A stretch of DNA of 38,090 bases from Chloroflexota bacterium (GTDB taxonomy: Bacteria > Chloroflexota > Dehalococcoidia > Dehalococcoidales > JAZDNC01), in NCBI GenBank assembly GCA_043818655.1, contig JBDRFO010000027.1, positions 1 to 38,090 on the forward strand. Direction: 5' to 3'. This document shows, piece by piece, positions 7,503-16,172 of this stretch. A program made the translations under genes and the position numbers. The number at the start of each line of letters is the position of its first letter. Positions within the stretch are counted from its first letter, which is position 1. The notes beneath the pieces are model-generated. The model saw only the letters and a list, made by a program, of their open reading frames with translations. It did not search any database and was not told the origin of the DNA.

Positions 7503-7868
7503 TCAATCCTCAAGCTGCGTTGTCCTGCTGTCCACAGCCGTCACATAGATATGGGAGAAGTCTGTATCCTGCGTGGCGCCGTGCCAGTGCTTCTCCCCAG
7601 CCGGGAAAAAGATAACATCACCAACGCCAACATTGACCTGCTCCCGATCTGTCGCCACGATGCCCCTGCCGGCGGTAACGATCAGTACCTGGTCACTTGT
7701 GTGGGCATGGAATTTATTTCTTGACCCCTTCACAAAGTTCACCACACTGATGGTAAAATTCTTGCTCATTTCAGGGGTCACCAGCCGCTGTGATGTCACC
7801 ATGCCGCCGGTGAAAAGCGGGCTGGTCGCCTTTTGCTCCGCAATCTCAGCGATCTTCTGAACCTTCAT
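7503..7868 (-). CDS. cupin-domain protein
   Basis: The cupin_2 motifs are FHAHTSDQVLIVTAGRG...GDVIFFPAGEKHWHGA. An ATG at 7866-7868 follows an AAGGAGG RBS. The TTG at 7889 would run into a PE-A repeat. Confidence 0.85.
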   Translation of the reverse strand: MKVQKIAEIAEQKATSPLFTGGMVTSQRLVTPEMSKNFTISVVNFVKGSRNKFHAHTSDQVLIVTAGRGIVATDREQVNVGVGDVIFFPAGEKHWHGATQDTDFSHIYVTAVDSRTTQLED

Positions 7869-7883
7869 TTCTTCCTCCTTTTC

Positions 7884-7965
7884 CTGCAAGCAATCCAGAA
7901 ACTGTTTTCTGAATCTGAGCAGGCAATGTGTCCTATCTCAGGATACCGAGTTTCCGGATGACTTC
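7884..7965 (+). repeat. PE-A palindromic intergenic element, reference full-length copy (~82 nt)
   Basis: The copy reads ctgcaagcaatccagaaactgttttctgaatctgagcaggcaatgtgtcctatctcaggataccgagtttccggatgacttc. Its terminal inverted repeats are ATCCAGAAACT/AGTTTCCGGAT, and inner CTGAG/CTCAG arms also pair. Confidence 0.8.
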
Positions 7966-8079
7966 TGGTAACCGCTAACCCTGTTGCCGCAGTACCACCT
8001 TTATCATACCAGAGATACGTCAATCCATCTATTGTAAGACCCGGATCAAACCGAACTTTTTTATTAACTTTTCTTCAAC

Positions 8080-8088
8080 TGCTATAAT
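8080..8088 (+). promoter_or_regulatory. extended -10 promoter (TGcTATAAT) placing the TSS at or next to the ATG (leaderless mRNA)
   Basis: TGCTATAAT occupies 8080-8088 and the ATG is at 8095, with 6 nt between them. There is no Shine-Dalgarno sequence. Confidence 0.45.
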
Positions 8089-8094
8089 GTTTTT

Positions 8095-9438
8095 ATGCAA
8101 TTTCAGCCCGGGGACAGTCCCGGTAGGGTTATCGTTATCGGTGCCGGCGCCGGCGGTATGATGGCAGCAGGTCGTGCTGCCGAGCTTGGCGCTGATGTGC
8201 TTCTTCTGGAAAAAACGGACAGCCCCGGGAAAAAGCTTCTCATCAGCGGCAAGATGCGCTGTAACCTGACCAACGCCAGGGGTATGGATGATTTCATCCC
8301 CATGTACGGACCCAACGGCCGCTTCCTCTACAGTGCTTTCCACCACTATTTCCGCAATGACCTGCTTAACTTTTTCTTACGTTATGGGGTGGAGACAAAG
8401 ACAGAGCGCGGCGACCGTATCTTCCCTGCCTCTGATGACGCCAGGGACATCGTGAAAGCCCTTGAGCGCTACCTGACCGACACTGGTGTCAGGATGCTGA
8501 CCGGAACCAGGGTTATCGGCATCCGGGCTGCAGCAGGACGGGTAACCGGTGTCGCAACAGATAAAGGGTTTTACCCGGCAGGTGCCGTGATTCTGGCGAC
8601 AGGCGGAGCTTCTTTCCCCGATACCGGCTCGACCGGCGAAGGCTATGCCATGGCAAAGAAATTGGGGCATACCATTGTCAGGTTGCGTCCCGCGCTTGTG
8701 CCGCTGGTTGTGCAGGAGATTGAGCGGGCAAAAAGTATCCAGGGTGTCAGTCTGCATAACGTCAGGCTGACGGCGTTCCGTTGCCCGGCCTCCGAGATTG
8801 ACCCGGCACTAACGCCGGCAGATGATATTGGACGCGGTATCCCTGGGAGGCAGCCCCACCACCAGGTAATCGAAAGCCGCCTGGGGGAGATGATGATCAC
8901 CCATTTCGGCATCGGTGGCCCCATCACCCTACTCATGAGCCTGGCGGTAGTTGACGCCGTCGATGCAAGCCCCGTCAGTGTCTCTATTGACCTGAAACCC
9001 GCCCTGACGGAAACAGTGCTGCGAAGACGTCTGCAGAGAGATTTTGACACATACGGGAAGCGCAGCTACCGTCATATCCTGAAGGGGCTTTTGCCCCATA
9101 AAATGATTGAATATTTTGTCACGCTAACCGGAATCCCCGGGGATAAACCCGCCCACCAGATAAGCGCCCCCGAACGCGAGAGATTGCTCGGATTACTCAA
9201 ATCACTACGCTTCAATATCAAGGGTCCCCTTCCGCTCTCTTCAGCAATTGTCACCGCCGGGGGTGTTTCCCTGAAAGAGATTGATCCCCATACCATGGCA
9301 TCACGTATCATCCGCGGACTCTATTTTTGCGGTGAGGTGCTGGATATTGATGCCAATACCGGTGGCTTTAACCTGCAGGCAGCTTTCTCTACCGGGCATC
9401 TTGCCGGGGAGGTAGCTGCGAAAAGCACCCGTGATTAA
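8095..9438 (+). CDS. HI0933/BaiN-like NAD(P)/FAD-dependent oxidoreductase
   Basis: The N-terminus VIVIGAGAGGMMAAGRAAELGADVLLLEKTDSPGKKLLISGKMRCNLTN and the C-terminus GLYFCGEVLDIDANTGGFNLQAAFSTG are typical of this family. Confidence 0.88.
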   Translation: MQFQPGDSPGRVIVIGAGAGGMMAAGRAAELGADVLLLEKTDSPGKKLLISGKMRCNLTNARGMDDFIPMYGPNGRFLYSAFHHYFRNDLLNFFLRYGVETKTERGDRIFPASDDARDIVKALERYLTDTGVRMLTGTRVIGIRAAAGRVTGVATDKGFYPAGAVILATGGASFPDTGSTGEGYAMAKKLGHTIVRLRPALVPLVVQEIERAKSIQGVSLHNVRLTAFRCPASEIDPALTPADDIGRGIPGRQPHHQVIESRLGEMMITHFGIGGPITLLMSLAVVDAVDASPVSVSIDLKPALTETVLRRRLQRDFDTYGKRSYRHILKGLLPHKMIEYFVTLTGIPGDKPAHQISAPERERLLGLLKSLRFNIKGPLPLSSAIVTAGGVSLKEIDPHTMASRIIRGLYFCGEVLDIDANTGGFNLQAAFSTGHLAGEVAAKSTRD

Positions 9439-9442
9439 GCCC

Positions 9443-10018
9443 CTAGAGAATGCGGATACCAAACCGCTTTAAGCTTGCCGCCAAGACACTCAAGGGTAAA
9501 CCCACAACATTATAGTAGTCGCCGTGTATCTCTTTTACCAGGATTGCCCCCAATCCCTGTATCGCATAAGCCCCTGCCTTATCCAGTGGTTCTCCTGTCC
9601 TGACATAGCTGGCAATCTCGTTTTTGGTAAGTTTTTTCATGGTTACTTTCGTTTCCACCGCGCGCGTGAGTGTCCTGGCTTGCCCTTTATCCATAATCGT
9701 CAAGCCGCTGATGACAGCGTGTGTCTTCCCGCTGATTGCCGCAAGCATCACCTGTGCCCGTTCTTCTGTTTCAGGTTTCCCCAATACCTTCCCTTCAAGA
9801 TAGCCAATGGTATCAGCGGCAATGACCAAAGCATCCGGGTGTTTTGCCGCTACCGCCCTGGCTTTTTGCAAAGACAGATACTTTACCAGTTCATGCGGTT
9901 TAAGCGCAAGATTTTTTCCCTCCCGGTAATCACTTGCCTCCGCTCTGAATCTCAAACCAATTTTTTGCAACAGCTCTATCCGGCGCGGCGAGGCAGATGC
10001 CAGGATAATCTCTTTCAT
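9443..10018 (-). CDS. maf: Maf-family nucleoside triphosphate pyrophosphatase
   Basis: The product begins MKEIILASASPRRIELLQKIGL and contains ...DKAGAYAIQG.... The ATG is at 10016-10018 after GGGGGTGGG. The 56-codon upstream extension in the track has no homology. Confidence 0.9.
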   Translation of the reverse strand: MKEIILASASPRRIELLQKIGLRFRAEASDYREGKNLALKPHELVKYLSLQKARAVAAKHPDALVIAADTIGYLEGKVLGKPETEERAQVMLAAISGKTHAVISGLTIMDKGQARTLTRAVETKVTMKKLTKNEIASYVRTGEPLDKAGAYAIQGLGAILVKEIHGDYYNVVGLPLSVLAASLKRFGIRIL

Positions 10019-10143
10019 TACCCACCCCCGAAAGTTATTCCGTGACACATTCTTCTTCCACCGGTCACACACAATTTTCTTATCCCGCCAGCAGACACAA
10101 TCTCGATGAAGAATTCCGCAAGCCCCGATAAAATAATCATGAT

Positions 10144-10175
10144 AAAAAGAGAGCCCGCTTTTTGGGCGGGCTCTC
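10144..10175 (-). terminator. Rho-independent terminator of the 1039-aa surface protein gene
   Basis: On the minus strand a 10-bp stem, GAGAGCCCGC-ccaaaaa-GCGGGCTCTC, is followed by TTTTT. It lies about 25 nt after the stop. Confidence 0.8.
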
Positions 10176-10200
10176 CGGATATCCATGTTACCAGTTAAGC

Positions 10201-13200
10201 TTAAGGTACCCTTCTGGTTCTGACAATCAGGATAATGACTGCAATCACCAGTATGGCACCGATGACGATGACTGCCCAGATGTAAGCCGGTGTTTCCGGT
10301 GTTGGCATCACAATCTGAGGCGGCGCTGAAGTTGCCGCAGGAGGAGGTGCCGTTGTGGCAACAGGTGCAGCCTTAGCCATCGTGGTAAAGGTACCAATCG
10401 CCTGAACACCTTCGGTCGGCTTGGTTGCCTTGACACTCCAGAAGTAGGTGGTTTCATAGTCAAGTCCGCTTACCGAATAGGCAGGCGCGCTTACCTTTAC
10501 CGGGGTACCGCCCACCGTCTGGGTCAACCCGGCATCAGTCGCGACAATAACCGTGTACTCGGTCGCACCCGATACCGGCGCCCAGGAGAAACCAACCAGA
10601 CCCGGGTTGACATTCATGGCACCACCGGTAGGACCGGTGAGTACCGGACCAGCATAGGGCTGATTGATAATCGCACCGGACTGAATCTTCATGGTGCGTA
10701 CTTCAGACCATGGGCCCACGATAGCCTCGCCATTGAGAGTTCCGCATGCCCTGACGCGCCAGATATACTCAGTATTGGCTCTCAAGCCAGCACACGCAAA
10801 GGATGGCGTTGACCCGACGGAGGCTTGGGCAGGATTAGAGACCGCGCCATCAATAAATCCAGTTGCTTTCGTGCGAATGTCAACATCTACCACATTGACC
10901 AAACCAGTACCACTACCCATAGGCTTCCACATGAGGTCTTCATTAGCACTGGTTCCAAGGTTCGGGTTAATGGAAATCGGGGCGTTATTAACCGGGGTAA
11001 TCAGTCCAGCCGGGGTAACTGCCAGCCAGTCATTGTAAGTGCAGAGCAGGAGAGCACCGGCACTAGTATCTGCTGCAAAGAGGGTATTGCCACTAGAATC
11101 ACCAGCAACCTCGAGGAAGGCAAAAACAGGAGCAGGAACACCTTGCACCATAACTCCCCACTCTAGAGTGCCAACAACTTCCCTCGCTCTAAGGGTGCGG
11201 TCAGCTCTATTAACACCAAGGGCATAGAGGGTATCATTCTTCATAGCTATGCCAACCTTAGCAGCCGCAGTCGCAGGTATCAGGTTCTCCCACTGAGTGC
11301 TGGTGCCAATGATATATCGACTGACCCAGGGGGCGGCTGCCGCTGCGGCAGCATAGATGGTATTGTTAGTAGCGTAATTCTGGTCAGCACAAATCTGGAT
11401 TGCACCGGCACCAGCAAGTCCATCGGATTCACCGGTAAAGGAAGTGCCACCGTTCTTAGAGTAGCCAGTATCATTCGTGCCACCGACAAGGACGTGGTCA
11501 GCCATCGGCACAACAATAGAATTGATATTGCCTGCTTTAGCATCAACGGCATCACCCCATCCCCAGCCACCGTTGGTGCTCTTATAAACGTTTGCGCCAC
11601 TGCCAGCGTAAATTGTATTAGCATCCTGTAACGCAATGGCAGCAAGAATAGTAACACCAGGTAGCGTCGGGCCATTCCGGCTAAAGAATGTGACGCCCCC
11701 ATCCTGGGAAACATAGATTGTGCCGTTACCGCCAGCCTGGCAATCAGCAAGATAGAGAGCCGGGGTAGTATCCCAGGCAGGGCTCATGCCCATAAGACAG
11801 CCATTGCCAGCGGTTAGAGCATTTACATTGAGAATCCTTGCCCAGCTCGATCCCGAAATCGCTTTGGCAGAGCTGGATTTCCATATCTGGAGACGAGTGC
11901 CATCATTGGCAGCCAGGAAAATTGTGCTACCATCAGGCGTTATTTTCATACCCTGAATAGCAACAATAGTGTTACCAACAACAGCGTTCAGGAAACACTC
12001 CCCGTTAAAGGTAACACCACCATCAGTGGAGATGAAGAAGCCGTTCTGCTCACCGGCAGCCGCCTGGCGTGAGGTGGCAGCAAAGACCGTGTTGGAAGTG
12101 GTGAAATCAGACGCCAGTACTACCAGGGTTCTCACCAGTACACCGACCGCAGCGTTGGGTCCTTTGTTTGTTCCATTGGATGCCCACGTTGGGGAGGTCG
12201 TATGAGCATTGGAGGTTCGGCGGACAAGACCGCTGCCTCGAGCACCGATGAAGAGGGTACCGGTTTCAACGGTGCCGGTATAGGCAACGCTGGATGCCCG
12301 CTGCCCACAGGCGAGGGCACGTGATGTGGTGTCATCGACACGGAAAACATCATCATCAGCCGTAACCGCGGCAGCGTTAGTGGCAAGACCTACGAAAATC
12401 CTGCGTCCCGTGTCCGTTGCCGGGTCAAAGTTGGTTGGGACAGCGATGGATGAAGAGGCGAGGGTGTTAGCCGCCGCAAAAGCGCCATCGTAATCCAGCG
12501 CGACACCACCAGCAGCAGCAGCATGAACCGCGATTGGGGCAGTGCCCGCCGCAAAAGCATTGCTGCCGATGTTAAGAATACACAAAGAGGTGCTGCCCGC
12601 GACAGCAGTATTGCGTACCGTCAGGATACAGGTGTCGTTGGCGTAGTTGGGGGAAAGGATAACATTGGTGAAGTCCCCCACACTAAGCTGAGCAGCAATG
12701 GTGTTCCATTGAAGCGGTTGATATGTCGGGGATTTGCCACCGATAATCTCGATATCACCATCGAGTATATTGGCTGCATCGGGGTCAGCAATGGCGGCAA
12801 AGTATTCCCTGCCAAGTGCTAAACCAGAGCGCTTGGGACCGACAGCGAGGGCAACACATACACCATTATTATTACCTGCAGCATCAAGATTGCTGGCGAA
12901 AGCAGGCAGGGTTGCCCAGCTTGTGCCGCCATCATTGGAATAGTGAATATTAGTGCCATCGCTTACTGCGACAGAATTAACATCATCAGCAGCAACGGCA
13001 ATCGCCACTGGTGCTAATGCCGCGGCAGGATAGCCAGCCTGAGCGGAAAAGCTCTGGCCACTATTGGTTGACTTGTAAATCATAGTAGCATTCGCCGCAC
13101 CAGCGTTATCAATGGCGTAGATGGTAGAGGCATCAGCCACGGCGATGCCCGTTATGCTGGCGCCGCTCTTCATATTGGTAGTTCCAGGCAGGCTCTCCCT

Positions 13201-13320
13201 GGCCCACTGGGTATCGCCAGGTGCAGCGGCGATGGGAACCGGAATCGCCCACAGCATCATGCTCGCAAGCAGGGTGAGAGAGAGCACAACACCAAGTATT
13301 CGAGATATTTTCTTGTTCAT
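10201..13320 (-). CDS. large secreted, tail-anchored BNR/Asp-box beta-propeller surface protein with C-terminal Fn3-like modules
   Basis: A signal peptide (..IPVPIAAAPG) is present. At least 6 Asp-box motifs occur (YKSTNSGQSF, HYSNDGGTSW, ISTDGGVTF, VSQDGGVTF, KSTNGGWGW, SKNGGTSF). There are two Fn3-like modules (TEYIWRVRA, TEYTVIV...TYFWSVKA). A Pro/Ala/Thr linker precedes the C-terminal TM YIWAVIVIGAILVIAVIILIV and the RTRRVP tail. An AAGGAGG RBS lies upstream. Confidence 0.88.
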   Translation of the reverse strand: MNKKISRILGVVLSLTLLASMMLWAIPVPIAAAPGDTQWARESLPGTTNMKSGASITGIAVADASTIYAIDNAGAANATMIYKSTNSGQSFSAQAGYPAAALAPVAIAVAADDVNSVAVSDGTNIHYSNDGGTSWATLPAFASNLDAAGNNNGVCVALAVGPKRSGLALGREYFAAIADPDAANILDGDIEIIGGKSPTYQPLQWNTIAAQLSVGDFTNVILSPNYANDTCILTVRNTAVAGSTSLCILNIGSNAFAAGTAPIAVHAAAAGGVALDYDGAFAAANTLASSSIAVPTNFDPATDTGRRIFVGLATNAAAVTADDDVFRVDDTTSRALACGQRASSVAYTGTVETGTLFIGARGSGLVRRTSNAHTTSPTWASNGTNKGPNAAVGVLVRTLVVLASDFTTSNTVFAATSRQAAAGEQNGFFISTDGGVTFNGECFLNAVVGNTIVAIQGMKITPDGSTIFLAANDGTRLQIWKSSSAKAISGSSWARILNVNALTAGNGCLMGMSPAWDTTPALYLADCQAGGNGTIYVSQDGGVTFFSRNGPTLPGVTILAAIALQDANTIYAGSGANVYKSTNGGWGWGDAVDAKAGNINSIVVPMADHVLVGGTNDTGYSKNGGTSFTGESDGLAGAGAIQICADQNYATNNTIYAAAAAAAPWVSRYIIGTSTQWENLIPATAAAKVGIAMKNDTLYALGVNRADRTLRAREVVGTLEWGVMVQGVPAPVFAFLEVAGDSSGNTLFAADTSAGALLLCTYNDWLAVTPAGLITPVNNAPISINPNLGTSANEDLMWKPMGSGTGLVNVVDVDIRTKATGFIDGAVSNPAQASVGSTPSFACAGLRANTEYIWRVRACGTLNGEAIVGPWSEVRTMKIQSGAIINQPYAGPVLTGPTGGAMNVNPGLVGFSWAPVSGATEYTVIVATDAGLTQTVGGTPVKVSAPAYSVSGLDYETTYFWSVKATKPTEGVQAIGTFTTMAKAAPVATTAPPPAATSAPPQIVMPTPETPAYIWAVIVIGAILVIAVIILIVRTRRVP

Positions 13321-13527
13321 CGACCTTTAGGTTTCCTCCTTATATTCTCACATCCCCACACAGAAAACACCAATTCAGCATTTCCCTTTTCATTTGTGGA
13401 GACTGGGTTAGACTTGATATACTCCGGGAATTCCTTTAAGTCTTGCCCTTACAGGCCATATGTCATCGCATCACCTCCTTTTCGCAACAACATGAATCCA
13501 TATACGCATGGATTCCGTTCCTTACTC

Positions 13528-13555
13528 ACTATAACATAAAAAATCCGTTTGTCAA
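13528..13555 (-). promoter_or_regulatory. sigma70-like promoter of the 1039-aa gene (about 200-nt leader)
   Basis: On the minus strand the pattern is TTGACA (13550-13555), a 16-nt spacer, then TATAGT (13528-13533). Confidence 0.5.
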
Positions 13556-13836
13556 TCCCCCTGCGGTATTTTTTCTTATTATTTTGAATTGAGTCCTTCG
13601 GAAAAGCACCGCATCCATCCAGAAACACTCTTTAAAAAAATTATGTATGAAACCAGCTTATCTTACGATTATTAATTTCCTGTTAAGTTGTTTGAAGGTT
13701 TCATCACATGAGACCAATGCTTTGTCTTACTACAAATAACGAAAAAATTGCCGGTTGGATAGGGGGTAAGTCGGAAAAAACATGAATCAGATACCGGAAA
13801 GATGAGGACTGACAGAATAACGAGACGTCCCGGTAT

Positions 13837-15102
13837 CTACATCTCCTTCGCCAGTTTCGCCAGAAATTCCTCGTTTGTCTTGGTGCGACGCAGCCTGTCA
13901 AGCACCCTCTCCGTTGCCTCGGCAAAAGTGGTGGAGTCAGAGGAGATCATGGAAACCATACGGCGGAGCAGCCAGACCTGTTTCAAGGTATTTTCATCAA
14001 GCAGGAGTTCTTCGCGGCGGGTGCCACTGCGCTGAATATCCACCGCCGGGAAGGTGCGCCGCTCGGCCAGTCTCCGGTCAAGGTGAAGCTCCATGTTGCC
14101 CGTTCCCTTGAATTCCTCGTAGATCACATCATCCATGCGGCTCCCGGTATCAACGAGACAGGTGGCAAGAATGGTGAGACTGCCGCCTTCAGTTGTGTTG
14201 CGTGCGGCACCGAAAAAGCGCTTGGGGGGGTAGAGTGCCGCCGGGTCAATACCCCCGGAGAGCGTACGCCCGCTGGGGGGTATTGACAGGTTATAGGCAC
14301 GGGTAAGGCGTGTAATCCCGTCCAGGAGAATAATCACATCCTTCCCGCTTTCGACGATACGCTTTGCCCGTTCCAGCGCCAGTTCGGCAACGCGTGTCTG
14401 GTTTTCCACCGGCTCATCAAAGGTGGCACCGATTACCTCTCCCTTGACCGAATACCTCATGTCCGTGACCTCTTCCGGACGTTCACCGATCAGGCAGACA
14501 AGAATGTGCACATCGTTGTAGTTGTTGCTTACGGCATTGGCGATTGATTTCAGCAGCATCGTCTTCCCGGCCTTGGGCGGAGAGACAAGGAGACCACGCT
14601 GTCCGCGCCCGATGGGAGCAATGAGATTAACCAACCGGGCAGACAAATCACCGTTCGTGGTTTCCAGGTTGATCAGCTTATTGGGGAAAATAGGCGTAAG
14701 TGAGGCAAAACGAGCCCTGTTTTTGGCCATCTCCGGATTGATGTCATTAATCGCCTCAACACGGAGCAGACTGGCATATTTCTCCCCGGATTTCGGCGGT
14801 CGTGACTGTCCGGTAACCATGTCACCCGTACGCAGCCCAAAGCGGCGTATCTGAGATTGAGAAATATAGACATCGCCTGAGCTTGGCAGCAGGCTTTCCT
14901 GCCTGAGGAAACCGTAGCCGTCCATCATTGTCTCAAGGATACCCGAACAGAAGATATTGCCCTGCTGTTCCGTCTGCGCCTGAAGCAGGCGCATAACACA
15001 GTCTTTCTTCTTCAGAGCGCTGCAATTGGTGACCCCGAGATCCCTTGCCATGTCAAGTAATTCATCTCTGGTCATGCTTTCCAGCTGATTAATATCCATC
15101 AT
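13837..15102 (-). CDS. rho: transcription termination factor Rho
   Basis: An N-terminal Rho_N region ([10 protein letters not shown]), the Walker A motif PPKAGKT, and the RecA-type ATPase core are present. An AGGAGG RBS lies upstream. Confidence 0.97.
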   Translation of the reverse strand: MMDINQLESMTRDELLDMARDLGVTNCSALKKKDCVMRLLQAQTEQQGNIFCSGILETMMDGYGFLRQESLLPSSGDVYISQSQIRRFGLRTGDMVTGQSRPPKSGEKYASLLRVEAINDINPEMAKNRARFASLTPIFPNKLINLETTNGDLSARLVNLIAPIGRGQRGLLVSPPKAGKTMLLKSIANAVSNNYNDVHILVCLIGERPEEVTDMRYSVKGEVIGATFDEPVENQTRVAELALERAKRIVESGKDVIILLDGITRLTRAYNLSIPPSGRTLSGGIDPAALYPPKRFFGAARNTTEGGSLTILATCLVDTGSRMDDVIYEEFKGTGNMELHLDRRLAERRTFPAVDIQRSGTRREELLLDENTLKQVWLLRRMVSMISSDSTTFAEATERVLDRLRRTKTNEEFLAKLAKEM

Positions 15103-15311
15103 TTGTCGCTTTACCTCCTGGCCATCCTCTCCTAGTTAGAGTAATTCATCAACAGCATCATCCCATCTTCGCCGGGAATTGCCTATCATCTGCAGATATA
15201 CCCAGTCACCTCCGGGTAAGGCACAAATTTCCTGTCCTGACCGATGAGGTGACACGGGGAAAATTGTCATTCAGAAGTCCATGAACATGTGCCCGGTTTC
15301 CCTCGAAAATA

Positions 15312-15396
15312 CTGCAAGCCGTCCCATAACCAATTTCCACCGAACCCGAGTATGTAACATGCTCTATCTCAGTATATTGCGTTTCCGGATGACTTC
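15312..15396 (+). repeat. PE-A element abutting the tal stop codon
   Basis: The sequence ctgcaagcc...gaacccgagtatgtaacatgctctatctcagtatattgcgtttccggatgacttc ends at 15396, the first base of the tal stop triplet. Confidence 0.65.
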
Positions 15397-16043
15397 TACG
15401 GGGCCACACGCTTCCAGTCGGCAAGGAAGCGGGCGATGCCGATATCGGTAAGCGGGTGTTTTATCATCTGCTGCAGCACCTTATACGGGACCGTGACAAT
15501 ATGCGCCCCCGCCTTCGCCGCCATAAAGCAATGCTGGGTGTGGCGGATACTGGCAGCAATCACCTCTGTTTTCAGGTGATACTGTTGAAACACCTCAATA
15601 ATATCCCTGACCAGCCCCATGCCGTCATGTCCGATATCATCCAACCGACCGATAAAAGGACTGACATAGGCAGCACCGGCGGCCGCCGCTAGGAGAGCCT
15701 GGTTGAGTGAGAAGCAAAGTGTCATGTTTACCCTGACACCCTCTTTGGACAGCACGGATGTCGCCTCAAGCCCATCGGTTGTAATAGGGATTTTCACGAC
15801 GACGTTGGGTGCCCATGTGCTGATATCCCGCGCCTGGGGAATCATCTCGGCAGCTGTCTCGGCAAGTACCTCTGCCGAGACAGGGCCGCTGATGATGCCG
15901 CAGATTTCCCTGACCACCGCCTGATAGTCGGATGAGCCTTCGACAGATACCAGGCTGGGGTTGGTGGTGACACCGCTGATGACCCCTAACCTGGCCGCTT
16001 CCCTTATCTGATTGATATTCGCCGTGTCCAGAAAGATGCGCAT
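15396..16043 (-). CDS. tal: transaldolase / fructose-6-phosphate aldolase (short TalC/Fsa subfamily)
   Basis: The 215-aa product begins [32 protein letters not shown] and contains the KIPIT Schiff-base Lys region. Confidence 0.93.
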   Translation of the reverse strand: MRIFLDTANINQIREAARLGVISGVTTNPSLVSVEGSSDYQAVVREICGIISGPVSAEVLAETAAEMIPQARDISTWAPNVVVKIPITTDGLEATSVLSKEGVRVNMTLCFSLNQALLAAAAGAAYVSPFIGRLDDIGHDGMGLVRDIIEVFQQYHLKTEVIAASIRHTQHCFMAAKAGAHIVTVPYKVLQQMIKHPLTDIGIARFLADWKRVAP

Positions 16044-16172
16044 TTAATTCTCTTTCTCCTACCTTTGAAAAATTTATATAAGATAACCCCTGCTTTATGC
16101 TCTGAAGTACGGATATATCCATCCGGTTTCAGCCGCTATCAGATAATCATGTGGTAGCCTGATTGGAATTCA

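Noticed and set aside
9443-10186. Long N-terminal extensions of track ORFs (maf to 10186, decarboxylase beta to 26787, MetE-like to 32941, cupin to 7889, HIT from 6888, ispF to 22764, ahcY from 33297)
   Set aside because: In each case an internal ATG or GTG with a well-spaced GGAGG-type SD coincides with the start of family homology. The extensions run into repeats or into the upstream gene.
10201-10300. PEP-CTERM/exosortase sorting signal at the C-terminus of the 1039-aa protein (PETP + TM + RTRR)
   Set aside because: The motif is PETP rather than PEP. The second tail-anchored protein lacks it entirely, and no exosortase gene is nearby. I treat it as a plain TM tail anchor.
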